Numbered from the stretch's first letter, positions 11,020-21,292 are shown. The stretch: DNA of 64,000 nt from a virus (IMGVR_UViG_3300029288_004944:75458-139457), one strand, 5' to 3'. The notes: a model not told the origin generated them from the sequence alone. Translations and numbers: made by a program.

Positions 11020-11394
11020 CTATACTCCACTATGATATTTTTTAACAGACAAATAAGGTAAAACATACTTTTTATAAGCCTTCACCACTTTTATATCTTC
11101 TTTATATTGCTCTTTTGCTTCATTTAGTGCATTTTTATACTCTTCTTTGTATGTCTTTAACAACCTTTCCGCATTGATACAGTATAGTCTGTAATGAAAC
11201 TCATTGGAAGAAAGAGGTCTAACAGGCTCATACAAAGTACTATCTAACTCGCCCCTAAAATCTCTATAACATCTTTCTGCATTACCAACTATTCTATCAC
11301 ATCTCTTAATAATGGGCTTCATTGCTTTTTCGTGGGCTTCGTCTGCTAATTCTATTATCTTTACAAACTTTTTAAATTCTTCCATTCTTCTCAT
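11020..11394 (-). CDS. hypothetical protein
   Basis: 124-aa ORF, AAGGA RBS. Confidence 0.65.
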   Translation of the reverse strand: MRRMEEFKKFVKIIELADEAHEKAMKPIIKRCDRIVGNAERCYRDFRGELDSTLYEPVRPLSSNEFHYRLYCINAERLLKTYKEEYKNALNEAKEQYKEDIKVVKAYKKYVLPYLSVKKYHSGV

Positions 11395-11413
11395 TGTTTA
11401 TCCTTTTATCACC

Positions 11414-11584
11414 CTATTTCTTTATCCATACAGGATAACCATTACCCGCCAACATTCCTTGCTCATATCCCAATTCAGCCATTCTTAAACATTTTTGTTT
11501 ATCAACTATGATACCAAAACATATTCCAAATACTATACCAATAATAATCAAATAAACAGCAATCATTTCTTTTAAATCGAACAT
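11414..11584 (-). CDS. small membrane protein (56 aa, below ORF-track cutoff)
   Basis: MFDLKEMIAVYLIIIGIVFGICFGIIVDK...; GGGGG RBS upstream. Confidence 0.6.
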   Translation of the reverse strand: MFDLKEMIAVYLIIIGIVFGICFGIIVDKQKCLRMAELGYEQGMLAGNGYPVWIKK

Positions 11585-11596
11585 AACATCCCCCTT

Positions 11597-12598
11597 TTAT
11601 TTTAACCCCAATTTCGTTCTTATCTTTGCCTCAATTTCTTTGCATATATCTTTATTCTCTTTTAAATATGCTCTTGCATTTTCTTGTCCTTGTCCGATCT
11701 TTTGCCCATTATATGCAAGCCATGATCCACTCTTTTCTATTATACCCTGCTCTGTCCCTAAATCCAAAATACAACCCTCTTTTGATATGCCCTGCCCATA
11801 AATAATATCGAATTCCGCTTTTCTGAAAGGGGGAGCAACTTTATTTTTCTTTACTGTCATTTTAACCCTATTACCTATTTCAATATCTCCATTTTTAATT
11901 GCTTCCACTCTTCTAATATCCAATCTTACCGATGCATAGAACTTTAAAGCCCTGCCACCGGGAGTTACTTCCGGATTACCAAACATCATACCGACTTTCT
12001 CTCTTAATTGATTAATAAATATCATACAAGTTTTTGTTTTACTTATAGAAGATGTTAATTTTCTCAAAGCCTGAGACATCAACCTTGCCTGCAAGGCCAT
12101 CTGTTGATCACCCATTTCTCCTTCAATTTCTGCCCTTGGCACAAGTGCTGCAACCGAATCTAATACTACAACATCTACGGCTCCGCTATTTACAAGAGTC
12201 TCTACAATTTCCAATGCCTGTTCGGCGGAATCGGGCTGAGAAACAAGGAGATCATCGATATTAACTCCAAGTTTTTGGGCATAGGAGGGGTCAAGGGCGT
12301 GTTCTACATCTATAAATGCCACAGAGCCTCCCAACTTTTGAGCCTCAGCAATAATATGCAAAGTTAGTGTCGTCTTGCCTGAAGCATCGGGACCAAATAT
12401 CTCTACAACCCTGCCACGTGGAACACCACCAATACCAAGAGCCACATCGAGCGTTAATGCTCCCGTAGGAATTGCCTCTACGTGTGCCACACGATTATCA
12501 CCCAACTTCATTATTGAACCTTTTCCAAACTGTTTCTCTATCTCGGCAATCGCAATATCTAATACCTTACTCTTACCACCATCTTTTTCTTCTGTCAT
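11597..12598 (-). CDS. recA: recombinase RecA
   Basis: [54 protein letters not shown]; start MTEEK after GGGGG RBS. Confidence 0.98.
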   Translation of the reverse strand: MTEEKDGGKSKVLDIAIAEIEKQFGKGSIMKLGDNRVAHVEAIPTGALTLDVALGIGGVPRGRVVEIFGPDASGKTTLTLHIIAEAQKLGGSVAFIDVEHALDPSYAQKLGVNIDDLLVSQPDSAEQALEIVETLVNSGAVDVVVLDSVAALVPRAEIEGEMGDQQMALQARLMSQALRKLTSSISKTKTCMIFINQLREKVGMMFGNPEVTPGGRALKFYASVRLDIRRVEAIKNGDIEIGNRVKMTVKKNKVAPPFRKAEFDIIYGQGISKEGCILDLGTEQGIIEKSGSWLAYNGQKIGQGQENARAYLKENKDICKEIEAKIRTKLGLK

Positions 12599-12790
12599 AT
12601 AATTTATTCCCCCTTTATCTCGTTCTATATCTCGGAAACCATCTCCTACCAATAAACTCTTGATAATGACAATGCTTACAAACTTTATAACAATTTAAAG
12701 CACACTTCTTTCCATCTAATATTATTGGTTCATTACAATATATCCAATAGTGATTACAATGGAAGTTTCCCCCTTTTATATTTTTTCATT

Positions 12791-13678
12791 TTACCTCCTC
12801 GTTAAAAAACATATTATTATTGTCATTAAACCAACAATTATAAACCAAATTAAATGATTCTTTTCTTTAAACCACTCGATAATATTATTCCACATATTTA
12901 AAAACCAATTAGATTTTATATTCTTAGACTTGGTATCCACAAGATTCCACATATCATAAGCATATAAAGATATATAGTCATAACTAAGATAACAATATCC
13001 TTTATCACCAAATGAAGTTCCCCAACTATTCTTTACTTTAAATAAATTTTTACTATCATCATACCCAACCACTGTCAAAGCATGCCCCCCAACACAACCT
13101 TCTTTTGAAGTATCGGGTAATGGAACAAGACCATCACTATTTGTATTAAAAAAACTATCATAAAGAGCCACAGCAATAAAAGCAGGTCCGTGTTCATATA
13201 TGGATTGCTTTAACTCATCCACATTATTTATTCTCGCATATGCACTTATTCTATAATTATATGCTTCATCTTTTAATATTTTTATCTTTTCTTGTGTTAT
13301 CCTTGAAGCATTACTTAAACTATATGGCAAACTTAATTCCAAACAATCTCCATTACTAACAAGAAAATCCATTGCATCCCTTGGGTACATTCCGTCAATA
13401 CCAAGATCAGGCCTTTGAAGATATATCCAATCAGGCGAAAAAATCAAATTTTCCTTAATATCAATCTTCTCTTCATATTCTTTAATTGCGGACAGTGCAA
13501 ATGCTACACAAGATCCTTTTTGCCCCTGATCTCTTACTGACTGCATTTGAGATGTATAATCTATCAATGATGGAATTTGCAAAATATCTTTAACAAAATA
13601 ATCTGCTATCTTGTAATCTCTATTATCTATTTTGTCTTTTAAAGCACCTAATGAATATTTATTTTTTTTCTCCAACAT
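12791..13678 (-). CDS. papain-like (C1A) cysteine peptidase with C-terminal membrane anchor
   Basis: DQGQKGSCVAF, GGHALTVVGYDD, KNSWG; hydrophobic C-terminus. Confidence 0.9.
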   Translation of the reverse strand: MLEKKNKYSLGALKDKIDNRDYKIADYFVKDILQIPSLIDYTSQMQSVRDQGQKGSCVAFALSAIKEYEEKIDIKENLIFSPDWIYLQRPDLGIDGMYPRDAMDFLVSNGDCLELSLPYSLSNASRITQEKIKILKDEAYNYRISAYARINNVDELKQSIYEHGPAFIAVALYDSFFNTNSDGLVPLPDTSKEGCVGGHALTVVGYDDSKNLFKVKNSWGTSFGDKGYCYLSYDYISLYAYDMWNLVDTKSKNIKSNWFLNMWNNIIEWFKEKNHLIWFIIVGLMTIIICFLTRR

Positions 13679-14027
13679 TATTTACTCCTCTTTTTTCATT
13701 TACTTCAAATATTATTTCTCTTTCTTTATCATATTTACACCAATCTTCACAAACAGAGGAATTTAAATAAAGATTTATTTCTGGAAATTTATCCCACAAT
13801 GCTTTCTCTACTAAAATTTCTCTATCTGAAATTTTTGTACTAAATACAGCATCATAATCCTCTTCATTTGTAAGTACCTCAATATATACATCAAGGTTAT
13901 TACTCTGCATAATAATACAATTTAGCAAGGGAAGATCTTTAAATTGATTTATTACAAGATTTTTAATTTCTTCTTTTACGCCTTCCAACCTTTCAAGACA
14001 TTCTTTACAAAGAATACCCATATTCAC
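13659..14027 (-). CDS. hypothetical protein
   Basis: 122-aa ORF. Confidence 0.6.
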   Translation of the reverse strand: MNMGILCKECLERLEGVKEEIKNLVINQFKDLPLLNCIIMQSNNLDVYIEVLTNEEDYDAVFSTKISDREILVEKALWDKFPEINLYLNSSVCEDWCKYDKEREIIFEVNEKRGVNNVGEKK

Positions 14028-14028
14028 C

Positions 14029-14139
14029 TCATTTTTTATCTCTTATACTACCACATTTCCTACATTGCCACTTTAAACCTTTTTTAACCGTTTTCCATCT
14101 GTTATTTCCACAAGTACAAGGCTCATTTTTACTTTTCAT
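14029..14139 (-). CDS. 36-aa zinc-ribbon miniprotein
   Basis: MKSKNEPCTCGNNRWKTVKKGLKWQCRKCGSIRDKK; GGAGG RBS; fills the gap. Confidence 0.6.
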   Translation of the reverse strand: MKSKNEPCTCGNNRWKTVKKGLKWQCRKCGSIRDKK

Positions 14140-14152
14140 ACTATCCTCCCCC

Positions 14153-15220
14153 TTATAAATATAACTCTCTCAATTTATTTTCATTCTTTTCTACCCACTC
14201 AATAATCTGATCATAACCTAAATCGATTCCAACACGTGGTTTCCATCCTGTATATTGTTCAATCTTCCTATTGTCTGAAATATATATGCAGTGATCGGCT
14301 TTCCTGTGTTGTGGCTCATATTCCACTTTTTTATTAATCCCAAATTTATCTTTTAACAAATTTGTGGCTTCTATTAGTGATAACGTATTCTTTGCCCCTC
14401 CCCCCGCGTTAAATACCTGCCCTGCGCACTTATCTATATTTTGAATTTCCAAATCAACAAGATTACAAATATCATCAATAAATAACACATCTCTAACTTG
14501 TTTACCATTCCATCCAATATACTTTAATGGTAATTGCAACTGAAATGCTATCGCCCACCATGCAACCCATCCCTGATCCGATATGCCCCATTGCCTTGGG
14601 CCTGCAAGACAACTCCATCTATTAACAACCGTCTTTACTCCAAACGCATCATAATACTCTTGACACATTAAATCAGACATAATCTTTGATAATCCATATA
14701 TACTATGCTGCCCACCATCAACACTAAATTCATTTGAAAATCCATAATCAGGATTAAATCCTGCCACAATATCTGACGTCATTGCTTCATCCCACACCCA
14801 CCTTGTCGCCAATTCTTTTCTTGGGAAAGCATTGATCCTATCACCTGAAAAGGTTTTATTAGTCGACCAAAATATTAAAGCACTTCCGTGCTTACGACAA
14901 AATTCCAACACATTCATAACCCCGGGAATAGTATTATTAGCAAGATCATACACCGGATTACCATATCCTAACGTTGCCGATGGTTGAGCAGAACACTCAC
15001 AAATCACATCTATATTGTGAGGTAATTTATTAAAATCTTCCATACACCTAATATCCCCATGTATAAATGTAATATTACGCTTCTTAAAATCAGGCAAGTT
15101 AAATTCCCCACCTCTCCTCACTAAATTATCCATTACAATAACATCATTGCCTTTTTCTTGAAAATAAGTCGCCAAATTTGCACCAACAAATCCTGCTCCA
15201 CCGGTAATTAAAATTTTCAC
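14153..15220 (-). CDS. NAD-dependent NDP-sugar epimerase, CDP-paratose 2-epimerase (RfbE/Tyv)-like
   Basis: TGGAGFVG, STNK, YGLSK, DQGWVAW, GKQVRDVL. Confidence 0.88.
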   Translation of the reverse strand: MKILITGGAGFVGANLATYFQEKGNDVIVMDNLVRRGGEFNLPDFKKRNITFIHGDIRCMEDFNKLPHNIDVICECSAQPSATLGYGNPVYDLANNTIPGVMNVLEFCRKHGSALIFWSTNKTFSGDRINAFPRKELATRWVWDEAMTSDIVAGFNPDYGFSNEFSVDGGQHSIYGLSKIMSDLMCQEYYDAFGVKTVVNRWSCLAGPRQWGISDQGWVAWWAIAFQLQLPLKYIGWNGKQVRDVLFIDDICNLVDLEIQNIDKCAGQVFNAGGGAKNTLSLIEATNLLKDKFGINKKVEYEPQHRKADHCIYISDNRKIEQYTGWKPRVGIDLGYDQIIEWVEKNENKLRELYL

Positions 15221-15581
15221 TCTAAGCCTCCTATTTTTATTTCTTCTAAAAATTCATGACAATTACCACAATACTTATATTTAATATCATTTGGATTATA
15301 ACTTGTCATTCCACAAACATTGCAAGTTATACTATTACCATTGATCCTATACAATAAACTATTATTCTTCATTATCAACTTTCTAAAACATCTAATAACA
15401 AAATCTTTTAATTTCCCACACTTCATTTTTTCTCCAATTCTTTCGGCTCATTTATCTTTCTTACTATTTCCATTAATTTATTAACCACATCAACTACATA
15501 CTTTTCAGAAGCCTCTGTTTTTATTTTCAAGCCTGCTCTCAATAAGGGATGCTTTACTTCAATATAATATTTATTATTCAT
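15217..15581 (-). CDS. two small hypothetical ORFs (15217..15426 with CxxC pairs; 15423..15581)
   Basis: ORF track; translationally coupled to neighbours. Confidence 0.55.
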
Positions 15582-16420
15582 TTTTTCTCCATATCCCCAG
15601 AAACAAAGGGTATTTCTTCCCAATCATGATTTTTCCTTATTTTAAGATTTTTTTCATGCACAGATTTCAGTAAACTGTAATCCAAATCAAGATCTTTATA
15701 TAAACCCATAAGAGCAACCATGTCCTTATAAAAACATTTTCCACCATATCCCTTAGATGTAGTTACGTCTAAATGTGAATCATGTATTCTTTTGTCTGCT
15801 ACCACCATTTTTTTAACTTCTTCATATTTAATTCCCAATTTCTCACACAAAGCATACATCTCATTTGCAAAAATAACCTTTGTAGACAAAAAACAGTTAG
15901 CCATATATTTTACCATTTCAGCCGTAGTTAGATCAGTACCAAATATGGGAGTCTTTGAAAACCCATGCATTCTATATAAATCCATAACTCTAATTCTCAC
16001 TCTATCATTATCTGATCCTACCACTACCCTATCCGTATTCACAAAATCTTCCAAATAATTGGCCTCAGTTAAAAACTCAGGATTAAAACAAAAATTACAA
16101 TCAGGATATTTTTTAGAATAATTGCGTGTTGTGCCAGGAACAACTGTTGACTTAATTGTAATAATCTTATCCGTACTTTTAGCATAATATGAAATTTCCT
16201 CCATATTCTCATCTATAATAGATAGATCAATCTTATTATCTTTATACAGAGTAGGTAGACACACAAAAATATGTTCAGCAAACTTTACCACACTTTCAAG
16301 AGTGTCAGATTCCTGAAACTTATCATAATATTTTATATCACAAAACTTCTTAAACCCATACTCGACAGCATTCCCGACAATTCCTTTGCCAATAATCCCT
16401 ATATTCTTACCTGCAATCAT
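15578..16420 (-). CDS. UDP-glucose/GDP-mannose 6-dehydrogenase family, short form
   Basis: GKGIVG, KSTVVPGT, NPEFL, AEMVKYMAN, GYGGKCF (catalytic Cys); lacks C-terminal domain. Confidence 0.9.
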   Translation of the reverse strand: MIAGKNIGIIGKGIVGNAVEYGFKKFCDIKYYDKFQESDTLESVVKFAEHIFVCLPTLYKDNKIDLSIIDENMEEISYYAKSTDKIITIKSTVVPGTTRNYSKKYPDCNFCFNPEFLTEANYLEDFVNTDRVVVGSDNDRVRIRVMDLYRMHGFSKTPIFGTDLTTAEMVKYMANCFLSTKVIFANEMYALCEKLGIKYEEVKKMVVADKRIHDSHLDVTTSKGYGGKCFYKDMVALMGLYKDLDLDYSLLKSVHEKNLKIRKNHDWEEIPFVSGDMEKK

Positions 16421-17385
16421 TACACTCCTCCTCTATGAAATTCCGGAAAAATATCATACACACACCAATCATTCGTTGTTTTCAATTGTTCAATAGTCTT
16501 TTTATACGCATTAATGTCTCTACCATACAACCACTTCATATAAATCTTCATAAACCCCGTATTTATAGGTATTGTTCCCCATAACGTTGCCCAACCATTA
16601 ATTCCGGTTTTTAATCCATAAGTCTTATCTACATCCCAAAAATTACACAATCTTGACCATTTGGCCCTAAAATAATTAGCCGACTTATTAGCCCAAGCAT
16701 CTCTATTGGGATTCCATCCGGCCTTATTACTTGCCTCTTTATGTATAGCCACAACATCTTTGATCATGGCAAGATCTTTTCCTGACCACCTAACAGCAAG
16801 AGAATAATCAAAATCTTCAAATCCATAAAAATAATTAGGATCGGCGTATCCTCCACCACCATTTAAATATTCTCCTGTAGATATTGAATCATCATTCATT
16901 ATAGAATAAAAATTATTCATATAATCAATTGTCTTGCGTGGGATTAACATACAATAGGTAATCAAAATATCCGTATTTATATAATCACCCATATCGATCT
17001 GATTACCGTGAGCATAGCTATAAGTACCAACAATACCAACATTTTCTGAATGCTTTTCATAGCATTCAATTAATTTTTGATCCCATTCTTCTTTTATGTC
17101 AATATCCGTATCACATCTTAATATATATTCACATTGGGCTTTTTTCATTGCCAAATTCATACCTTTGCCCAAACCAATATTTGCTCTGTTAGTTATTACT
17201 TTAATTTTATCATTTTTTAGACTGTTAAGATATTTAGATATTGAACCATCTTCGCTATTATCAGAAATAACGATCTCATAGGGATTTTTAGTATATTTTG
17301 GAATATCGGAAATAAACTTATAAAAATCTTCACGCAGTACGTGTTCCACAGCACAAATAGAAACTTTTGGAAATGTATACGGCAT
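16420..17385 (-). CDS. glycosyltransferase family 2
   Basis: IVISDNS, NIGLGKGMN, RCDTD, YGFEDFD. Confidence 0.85.
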   Translation of the reverse strand: MPYTFPKVSICAVEHVLREDFYKFISDIPKYTKNPYEIVISDNSEDGSISKYLNSLKNDKIKVITNRANIGLGKGMNLAMKKAQCEYILRCDTDIDIKEEWDQKLIECYEKHSENVGIVGTYSYAHGNQIDMGDYINTDILITYCMLIPRKTIDYMNNFYSIMNDDSISTGEYLNGGGGYADPNYFYGFEDFDYSLAVRWSGKDLAMIKDVVAIHKEASNKAGWNPNRDAWANKSANYFRAKWSRLCNFWDVDKTYGLKTGINGWATLWGTIPINTGFMKIYMKWLYGRDINAYKKTIEQLKTTNDWCVYDIFPEFHRGGV

Positions 17386-17412
17386 TTATTCTCCTTTCTT
17401 TCAAACAATTAT

Positions 17413-17441
17413 AGTATAGCATACAAATTATCATTTGTCAA
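17413..17441 (-). promoter_or_regulatory. sigma70/sigmaA promoter
   Basis: TTGACA-17 bp-TATACT with extended -10 TG. Confidence 0.85.
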
Positions 17442-17447
17442 ATTATC

Positions 17448-17744
17448 TTAACTTTTATTAATAGAAACAGTAAAACCAAAGCCTACGATTGTAATAATAA
17501 CACCCACCCAAAATAAAATTGGAACAAGAAAAATTCTAACAATTCCAAATGCAATTCCACTGCTTAACATTGGATGTTGCTGAACAGAATCTACTAACAT
17601 CTTTATACCACCGTACCCTGCCCACATCAATGAAAAGAAAATAATCGTTATCAAACCTAAGAACATAATCAACAATCCAAGCAATGTAGCAATTCTATCC
17701 CAATTTCTCTTTCTTTTATATGCCTTCATATTTACTTCGAGCAT
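17448..17744 (-). CDS. membrane protein, 2 TM segments
   Basis: two hydrophobic stretches; start uncertain. Confidence 0.7.
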   Translation of the reverse strand: MLEVNMKAYKRKRNWDRIATLLGLLIMFLGLITIIFFSLMWAGYGGIKMLVDSVQQHPMLSSGIAFGIVRIFLVPILFWVGVIITIVGFGFTVSINKS

Positions 17745-17757
17745 TTTACCTCCATTT

Positions 17758-18030
17758 TTATTTTAAATATTTTTTGCTCCATTTGCCATATCTTGAAAAA
17801 AGCATCATACATATGTTAGAAATATCTACCAACTCCAACAAAAATTTATCACTTTTCTCTCCCTCTATATTTCTCCATTCGAGATATTCTTCATCAAGTT
17901 TCTTTTCAAGAAAAGACATATCATTTAAACTGTCATCCCAACCACTTTTATGTCCATCATGCAATCTTAACACTTGCTCCATCTTCTCTGCAAATCTTTT
18001 TACAGCAGGCCTTAATACTATTTTACTCAT
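17758..18030 (-). CDS. small all-alpha NTP pyrophosphohydrolase (MazG-like) candidate
   Basis: KLDEE..E and ELVDISNICMM acidic helix motifs. Confidence 0.5.
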   Translation of the reverse strand: MSKIVLRPAVKRFAEKMEQVLRLHDGHKSGWDDSLNDMSFLEKKLDEEYLEWRNIEGEKSDKFLLELVDISNICMMLFSRYGKWSKKYLK

Positions 18031-18320
18031 TTATCCCCCTTAGTTAGACTAAAAGTCCTAACATTTTTCAAATACTCATATTTACCGGTTTTTGCTAATG
18101 CCTCTAACTTTTCATCAATAGCACTAACCAATTTAGCCTTATTCTCATTTGCGGCCCTACTTGATTTATCCCATTCGGCAATTTTTTTAAGATCAGGATT
18201 ACTTTTCTTGTGCTCATCTACTTTAAAATGTTCAAAATCTCTAACCTTTAATATCTCAATAGTAAGCCTCTCCATTAAAAATCCAACTCCCTCAACACCG
18301 ATCAATGATTTACTCTTCAT
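18027..18320 (-). CDS. helical protein, DUF4254-like
   Basis: GFLMERLTIEILK...NE.K..L...ID pattern. Confidence 0.45.
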   Translation of the reverse strand: MKSKSLIGVEGVGFLMERLTIEILKVRDFEHFKVDEHKKSNPDLKKIAEWDKSSRAANENKAKLVSAIDEKLEALAKTGKYEYLKNVRTFSLTKGDK

Positions 18321-18598
18321 AGTTCCTTATCTCCCTTTTTAAAATATTTATCAAAATTCTTATCATCTGTATACCATTTTTCTAACTCAAAAAAACCACA
18401 TTCTTCGGCGCAAGCCAAACCATCCCAAGATCTTATTCTACTCCCATCACAAAACTTGCTCTTCTTATTATCACACCTCACTTCTCCATCAAACGATTGT
18501 TTATGTTTACACCAATGACAATGCATTCCATTCTTATTGCCGAGCCACGACATTGCAACTTTTGACCATTTTTCAGAAATTTTATTTACTTTTCTCAT
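18317..18598 (-). CDS. Cys-rich hypothetical protein
   Basis: 93-aa ORF. Confidence 0.6.
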   Translation of the reverse strand: MRKVNKISEKWSKVAMSWLGNKNGMHCHWCKHKQSFDGEVRCDNKKSKFCDGSRIRSWDGLACAEECGFFELEKWYTDDKNFDKYFKKGDKEL

Positions 18599-19437
18599 CT
18601 CATTACTCCAGGAGATGCATCCTTCAACTCATTATCTTCTGGCAACTTGCCACCACATATGGGAACACCATCATACATATTTGGGCTTGGATTAAATAAC
18701 TTCCCCATTTTATGAGCATTCATATATTTGGCATATGTTTTATATTTATTTGTTCCCTCCAATCCCAATATTGGATTTATATCAAGCATTTTATTTTCAA
18801 ACGAAGGATGGTTACATACAATCCAACCTGCTTGCTGTAAAGATCCGTACCAAAACACAGGAGCCATTATACCACGAGTATCCATAAATCCAACATCTTT
18901 GATCGCAGACTTACGCATTAACTGACTATGTCCATTAAATCCGTGACCTTGTTTATTACAAATAAGTATTGTCTTTCCATTTTCAGTTAAAACTCTCGCA
19001 GGATCCATTTTAACCACATTATCAAAAAATGGTTTACCATCAGCAGTCATAATTAATCCTGTCTTAGGTATAGCATCCATTATATCCTCATATTCTTTTA
19101 ACCATTCTTTTTCCACTATGATATCGTTTAACACTCTACCATAATATTGAATATCCTCTCTATCCATATATTTCTGCCAAAATTCATTCACAGGCCTCGC
19201 ATACAGTTCGTTCTTATCATAAAAAGTGTAATGAACTTCTATGTAAGGATATTCTCTTTCAAGAAAAGAACTTTCCTGTAAATACTTTAAAAATTCAGCA
19301 GTTCCGTCCATTGATCCATTATCTACAATTTCAAGTACATGAGGATTTGTAGTGTTTTGCAAATAATTCCATAATACGGTCTTTGTATACTCAACTCTAT
19401 TAAAATTTAGAAATAGTACAGCACTTTTTTTATCCAC
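18595..19437 (-). CDS. GT2-like glycosyltransferase (NFNRVEY family)
   Basis: NFNRVEY, VDNGSMDGT, LNDI; C-terminal PILGLE.T.KYK shared with the 1301 ORF. Confidence 0.8.
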   Translation of the reverse strand: MDKKSAVLFLNFNRVEYTKTVLWNYLQNTTNPHVLEIVDNGSMDGTAEFLKYLQESSFLEREYPYIEVHYTFYDKNELYARPVNEFWQKYMDREDIQYYGRVLNDIIVEKEWLKEYEDIMDAIPKTGLIMTADGKPFFDNVVKMDPARVLTENGKTILICNKQGHGFNGHSQLMRKSAIKDVGFMDTRGIMAPVFWYGSLQQAGWIVCNHPSFENKMLDINPILGLEGTNKYKTYAKYMNAHKMGKLFNPSPNMYDGVPICGGKLPEDNELKDASPGVMR

Positions 19438-19450
19438 ACAACCTCCCTAT

Positions 19451-19696
19451 TTATTTTATTTCTTTCATATAATCTTTCATTCTGTTTATCTCTTTTTCCA
19501 ATGCATCATTAAACTCCTGTTCTGTCTGCACCTCATCGGGAGAATACCATTCTAATTTACCATCAGGAAATTTAATCCTGATAGTTTCTTTTCTACCGAG
19601 AATCTCAGGCAGAAAAGATGCCATTTCAAAAACTTCACCTTTAGCCGCTTCCATTGTTTTATATCTTAGGACATAGACAGAATCGCCCTTTTTCAT
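19451..19696 (-). CDS. small protein, SH3/KOW-like
   Basis: MKKGDSVYV...IRIKF.DG...Y...EV. Confidence 0.5.
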   Translation of the reverse strand: MKKGDSVYVLRYKTMEAAKGEVFEMASFLPEILGRKETIRIKFPDGKLEWYSPDEVQTEQEFNDALEKEINRMKDYMKEIK

Positions 19697-20325
19697 TTTA
19701 TATCACCCTTTAATACTTTTTGTATAACATCGGCAACAGGGCCAACATCACACACCTTTTTACACCAATACCTTCCTGAACTTCCCGTCATATCCCACAA
19801 TGCATCCACAGAAAAACCGGATTTATTCAATAATGCCCTTGTTTGTGCATGATTAGTCACAATAACATGATCGGGAATTCCTATATAACATTCATGTGGA
19901 ATCATTAAAACTAACTTACCCCCCACTTTCAGCACTCTATTTGCTTCATATAAGGCTATTAGTGGAGAAATTGTATGCTCTAAAATCTCCCACATTATAA
20001 CACCATCAAACATATTACTTGCCCAAGGTAATTCATGAACATCTCCAATTACTATTGATCCACCAATCCATTCGCCATATTTCTCAATCGCTTTCTTCTT
20101 TTCCACTTCGTTTATGGTTATACCAAACACAATTTTATCTTGATTATGCAATTCATTCATGGCTACACCCGTTCCACAACCAATATCCAAAATTATTTTA
20201 CAGTCATTTAAATAATCTAAATTACCCTTTCCAAGAGGCAAAGAAAGATCTTCTGTTCCACGATCCCTGTCTGCCATTTCCTTGGGCATTAACTTTAAAT
20301 ATCTATTCCACTTTTCTTGATCCAT
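19693..20325 (-). CDS. class I SAM-dependent methyltransferase
   Basis: ILDIGCGTG, GDVHELP, LEH, RVLKVGG. Confidence 0.9.
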   Translation of the reverse strand: MDQEKWNRYLKLMPKEMADRDRGTEDLSLPLGKGNLDYLNDCKIILDIGCGTGVAMNELHNQDKIVFGITINEVEKKKAIEKYGEWIGGSIVIGDVHELPWASNMFDGVIMWEILEHTISPLIALYEANRVLKVGGKLVLMIPHECYIGIPDHVIVTNHAQTRALLNKSGFSVDALWDMTGSSGRYWCKKVCDVGPVADVIQKVLKGDIK

Positions 20326-20339
20326 TATATACTCCTATA

Positions 20340-20696
20340 TCAAATTCTATCACATATCATTTTTAATCTTTCTTCCTGAATTCTTTCACTTTCAGCATGT
20401 ACCTCACAAAATCCAACTTCAATATCATTTATTAAATGAACAAATTCTTTTTCATTTCCGCTCCTAACAGTAACTTTACAACCAAAAATTTCAGCCAAAT
20501 TCGGAATATCTGTATACTTATTAAATACATGCCAATCAAGTATATAACTACCACTTGCTCTTAAATCAATTTCAAGTTTAATAATCTCAACTCGGGCTTT
20601 TCTTTCTGCTAAAACTATTGCAATTGCTATATTAGGATCATCTTCTTTTATCTTGCCCTCAGACCAACGATTAATTATTGTTTGAATTATATCCAC
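20340..20696 (-). CDS. hypothetical protein with divergent leader (MDIIQTIINRWS)
   Basis: GTG start with GGGGAG RBS. Confidence 0.65.
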   Translation of the reverse strand: MDIIQTIINRWSEGKIKEDDPNIAIAIVLAERKARVEIIKLEIDLRASGSYILDWHVFNKYTDIPNLAEIFGCKVTVRSGNEKEFVHLINDIEVGFCEVHAESERIQEERLKMICDRI

Positions 20697-20713
20697 TATA
20701 TCTCCCCATTAAA

Positions 20714-21292
20714 CTAACAATATCTCGTATCATTAACCACAATATTTCTGGAAGCAAAATAATCTGATATACAAATACAATACTCAAGCAAGTTCTCAGG
20801 CAAAGGACATCTATCAGCCTGCCAATGAGACATATGTACTTCTATTAGATCCTGAATACGCCTTGAATGCTTAAAAGGTTTCTGACCGACAATTATACTA
20901 CCATAAATGGGATGCAACTCAAAAGAACCATTCAACTTTCTTGAAAAATCAGTTTCTTTGTAGTATTTCCAATCCGGAGAATCTACTACCCCCTGCATTG
21001 TAATATCCAACATCCCAATATCGTGCATTAAAGATGCTGCAATTAAAATATTATAGTCATCCCCTGTAATTTTAAATTCTCTTGCCAACTCATGAGCAAA
21101 CCATACTGTTCTCTTTAAGTGAGTTATAATATCCCTGTCCTGCTCATGATATTTCCCTGACAAAGATGATGGTTGAACTAATAATTGTTCTTCATAGGCT
21201 TTAAATATCCTTTCTACATTGCTACGAATTACATCATCCTTAATCAATCCCAGTTCTTCTTTAAAAACAACTAAAATATCTTCACTCATCAA
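20714..21292 (-). CDS. HD-domain phosphohydrolase
   Basis: PSS.SGKYH, TH, HDIG, HP, HM, D. Confidence 0.85.
   Translation of the reverse strand: MMSEDILVVFKEELGLIKDDVIRSNVERIFKAYEEQLLVQPSSLSGKYHEQDRDIITHLKRTVWFAHELAREFKITGDDYNILIAASLMHDIGMLDITMQGVVDSPDWKYYKETDFSRKLNGSFELHPIYGSIIVGQKPFKHSRRIQDLIEVHMSHWQADRCPLPENLLEYCICISDYFASRNIVVNDTRYC

Noticed and set aside
12615-12789. Cys/His-rich mini-ORF upstream of recA
   Set aside because: The ATG frame stops after 11 codons and the Cys-rich frame has no start codon; possibly a frameshift at the G5 run, but unsupported.
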